From positions 1-26,318 of IMG/VR virus record IMGVR_UViG_3300020460_000048: a stretch of DNA of 26,318 bases. One strand, 5' to 3'. The stretch is from a virus (lineage: Duplodnaviria > Caudoviricetes). The notes under the pieces were generated by a model, which saw only the letters and a program-made list of their open reading frames with translations, had not been told where the DNA came from and made no database searches. Below are positions 26,292 through 26,318 of the stretch, in pieces. Position 1 is the first letter of the stretch. The number at the start of each line of letters is the position of its first letter. The translations under genes and the position numbers were made by a program.

Positions 26292-26318
26292 ATGGCTTAT
26301 AGGGGAAAATACTATCCA
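26292..26318 (+). CDS. gp4: Head completion nuclease gp4, first 9 codons only
   Basis: atg gct tat agg gga aaa tac tat cca = MAYRGKYYP, matching the T4 gp4-type N-terminus MAYxGKxxP. The position fits the usual synteny, but only 27 nt are visible. Confidence 0.7.

Noticed and set aside
1-26318. tRNA/rRNA genes, introns, inteins, homing endonucleases, transposases
   Set aside because: Intergenic gaps are all under about 80 nt and no diagnostic motifs were recognised by eye.

Overview
This window is part of the genome of a T4-like myovirus, most likely a low-GC marine cyanophage; that assignment is inferred from gene content, gene order and promoter motifs. Almost everything is on the minus strand. 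In transcription order (right to left) it holds: a gp54-like tail-tube-fold gene, gp26, gp51, two paralogous tape-measure-like genes, a gp27-like hub, a lysozyme-less gp5 ending in 31 Ser-Pro repeats, a gp5C-like spike piece, a beta-helix tailspike with a C1q domain, two small genes behind a sigma70 promoter, a 1961-aa fibre with an S74 chaperone, a 706-aa fibre, and a gp38-like polyglycine adhesin. These are followed by a tightly coupled nine-gene cassette (up to six 2OG-Fe(II)/cupin oxygenases plus a kinase-like protein) and the 5' end of an SF2 helicase. The 5' end of gp4 starts on the plus strand at the right edge. The best leads are: (1) a complete-looking -1 frameshift signal that would fuse gp26 to gp51 just upstream of the tape-measure genes, like lambda G/GT; (2) a possible virion post-translational modification system pairing the oxygenase/kinase cassette with the (Ser-Pro)31 tail of gp5; (3) a tailspike resembling Bacillus phage phi29 gp12 fused to C1q. 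All family calls come from motif recognition by eye; no searches were run.
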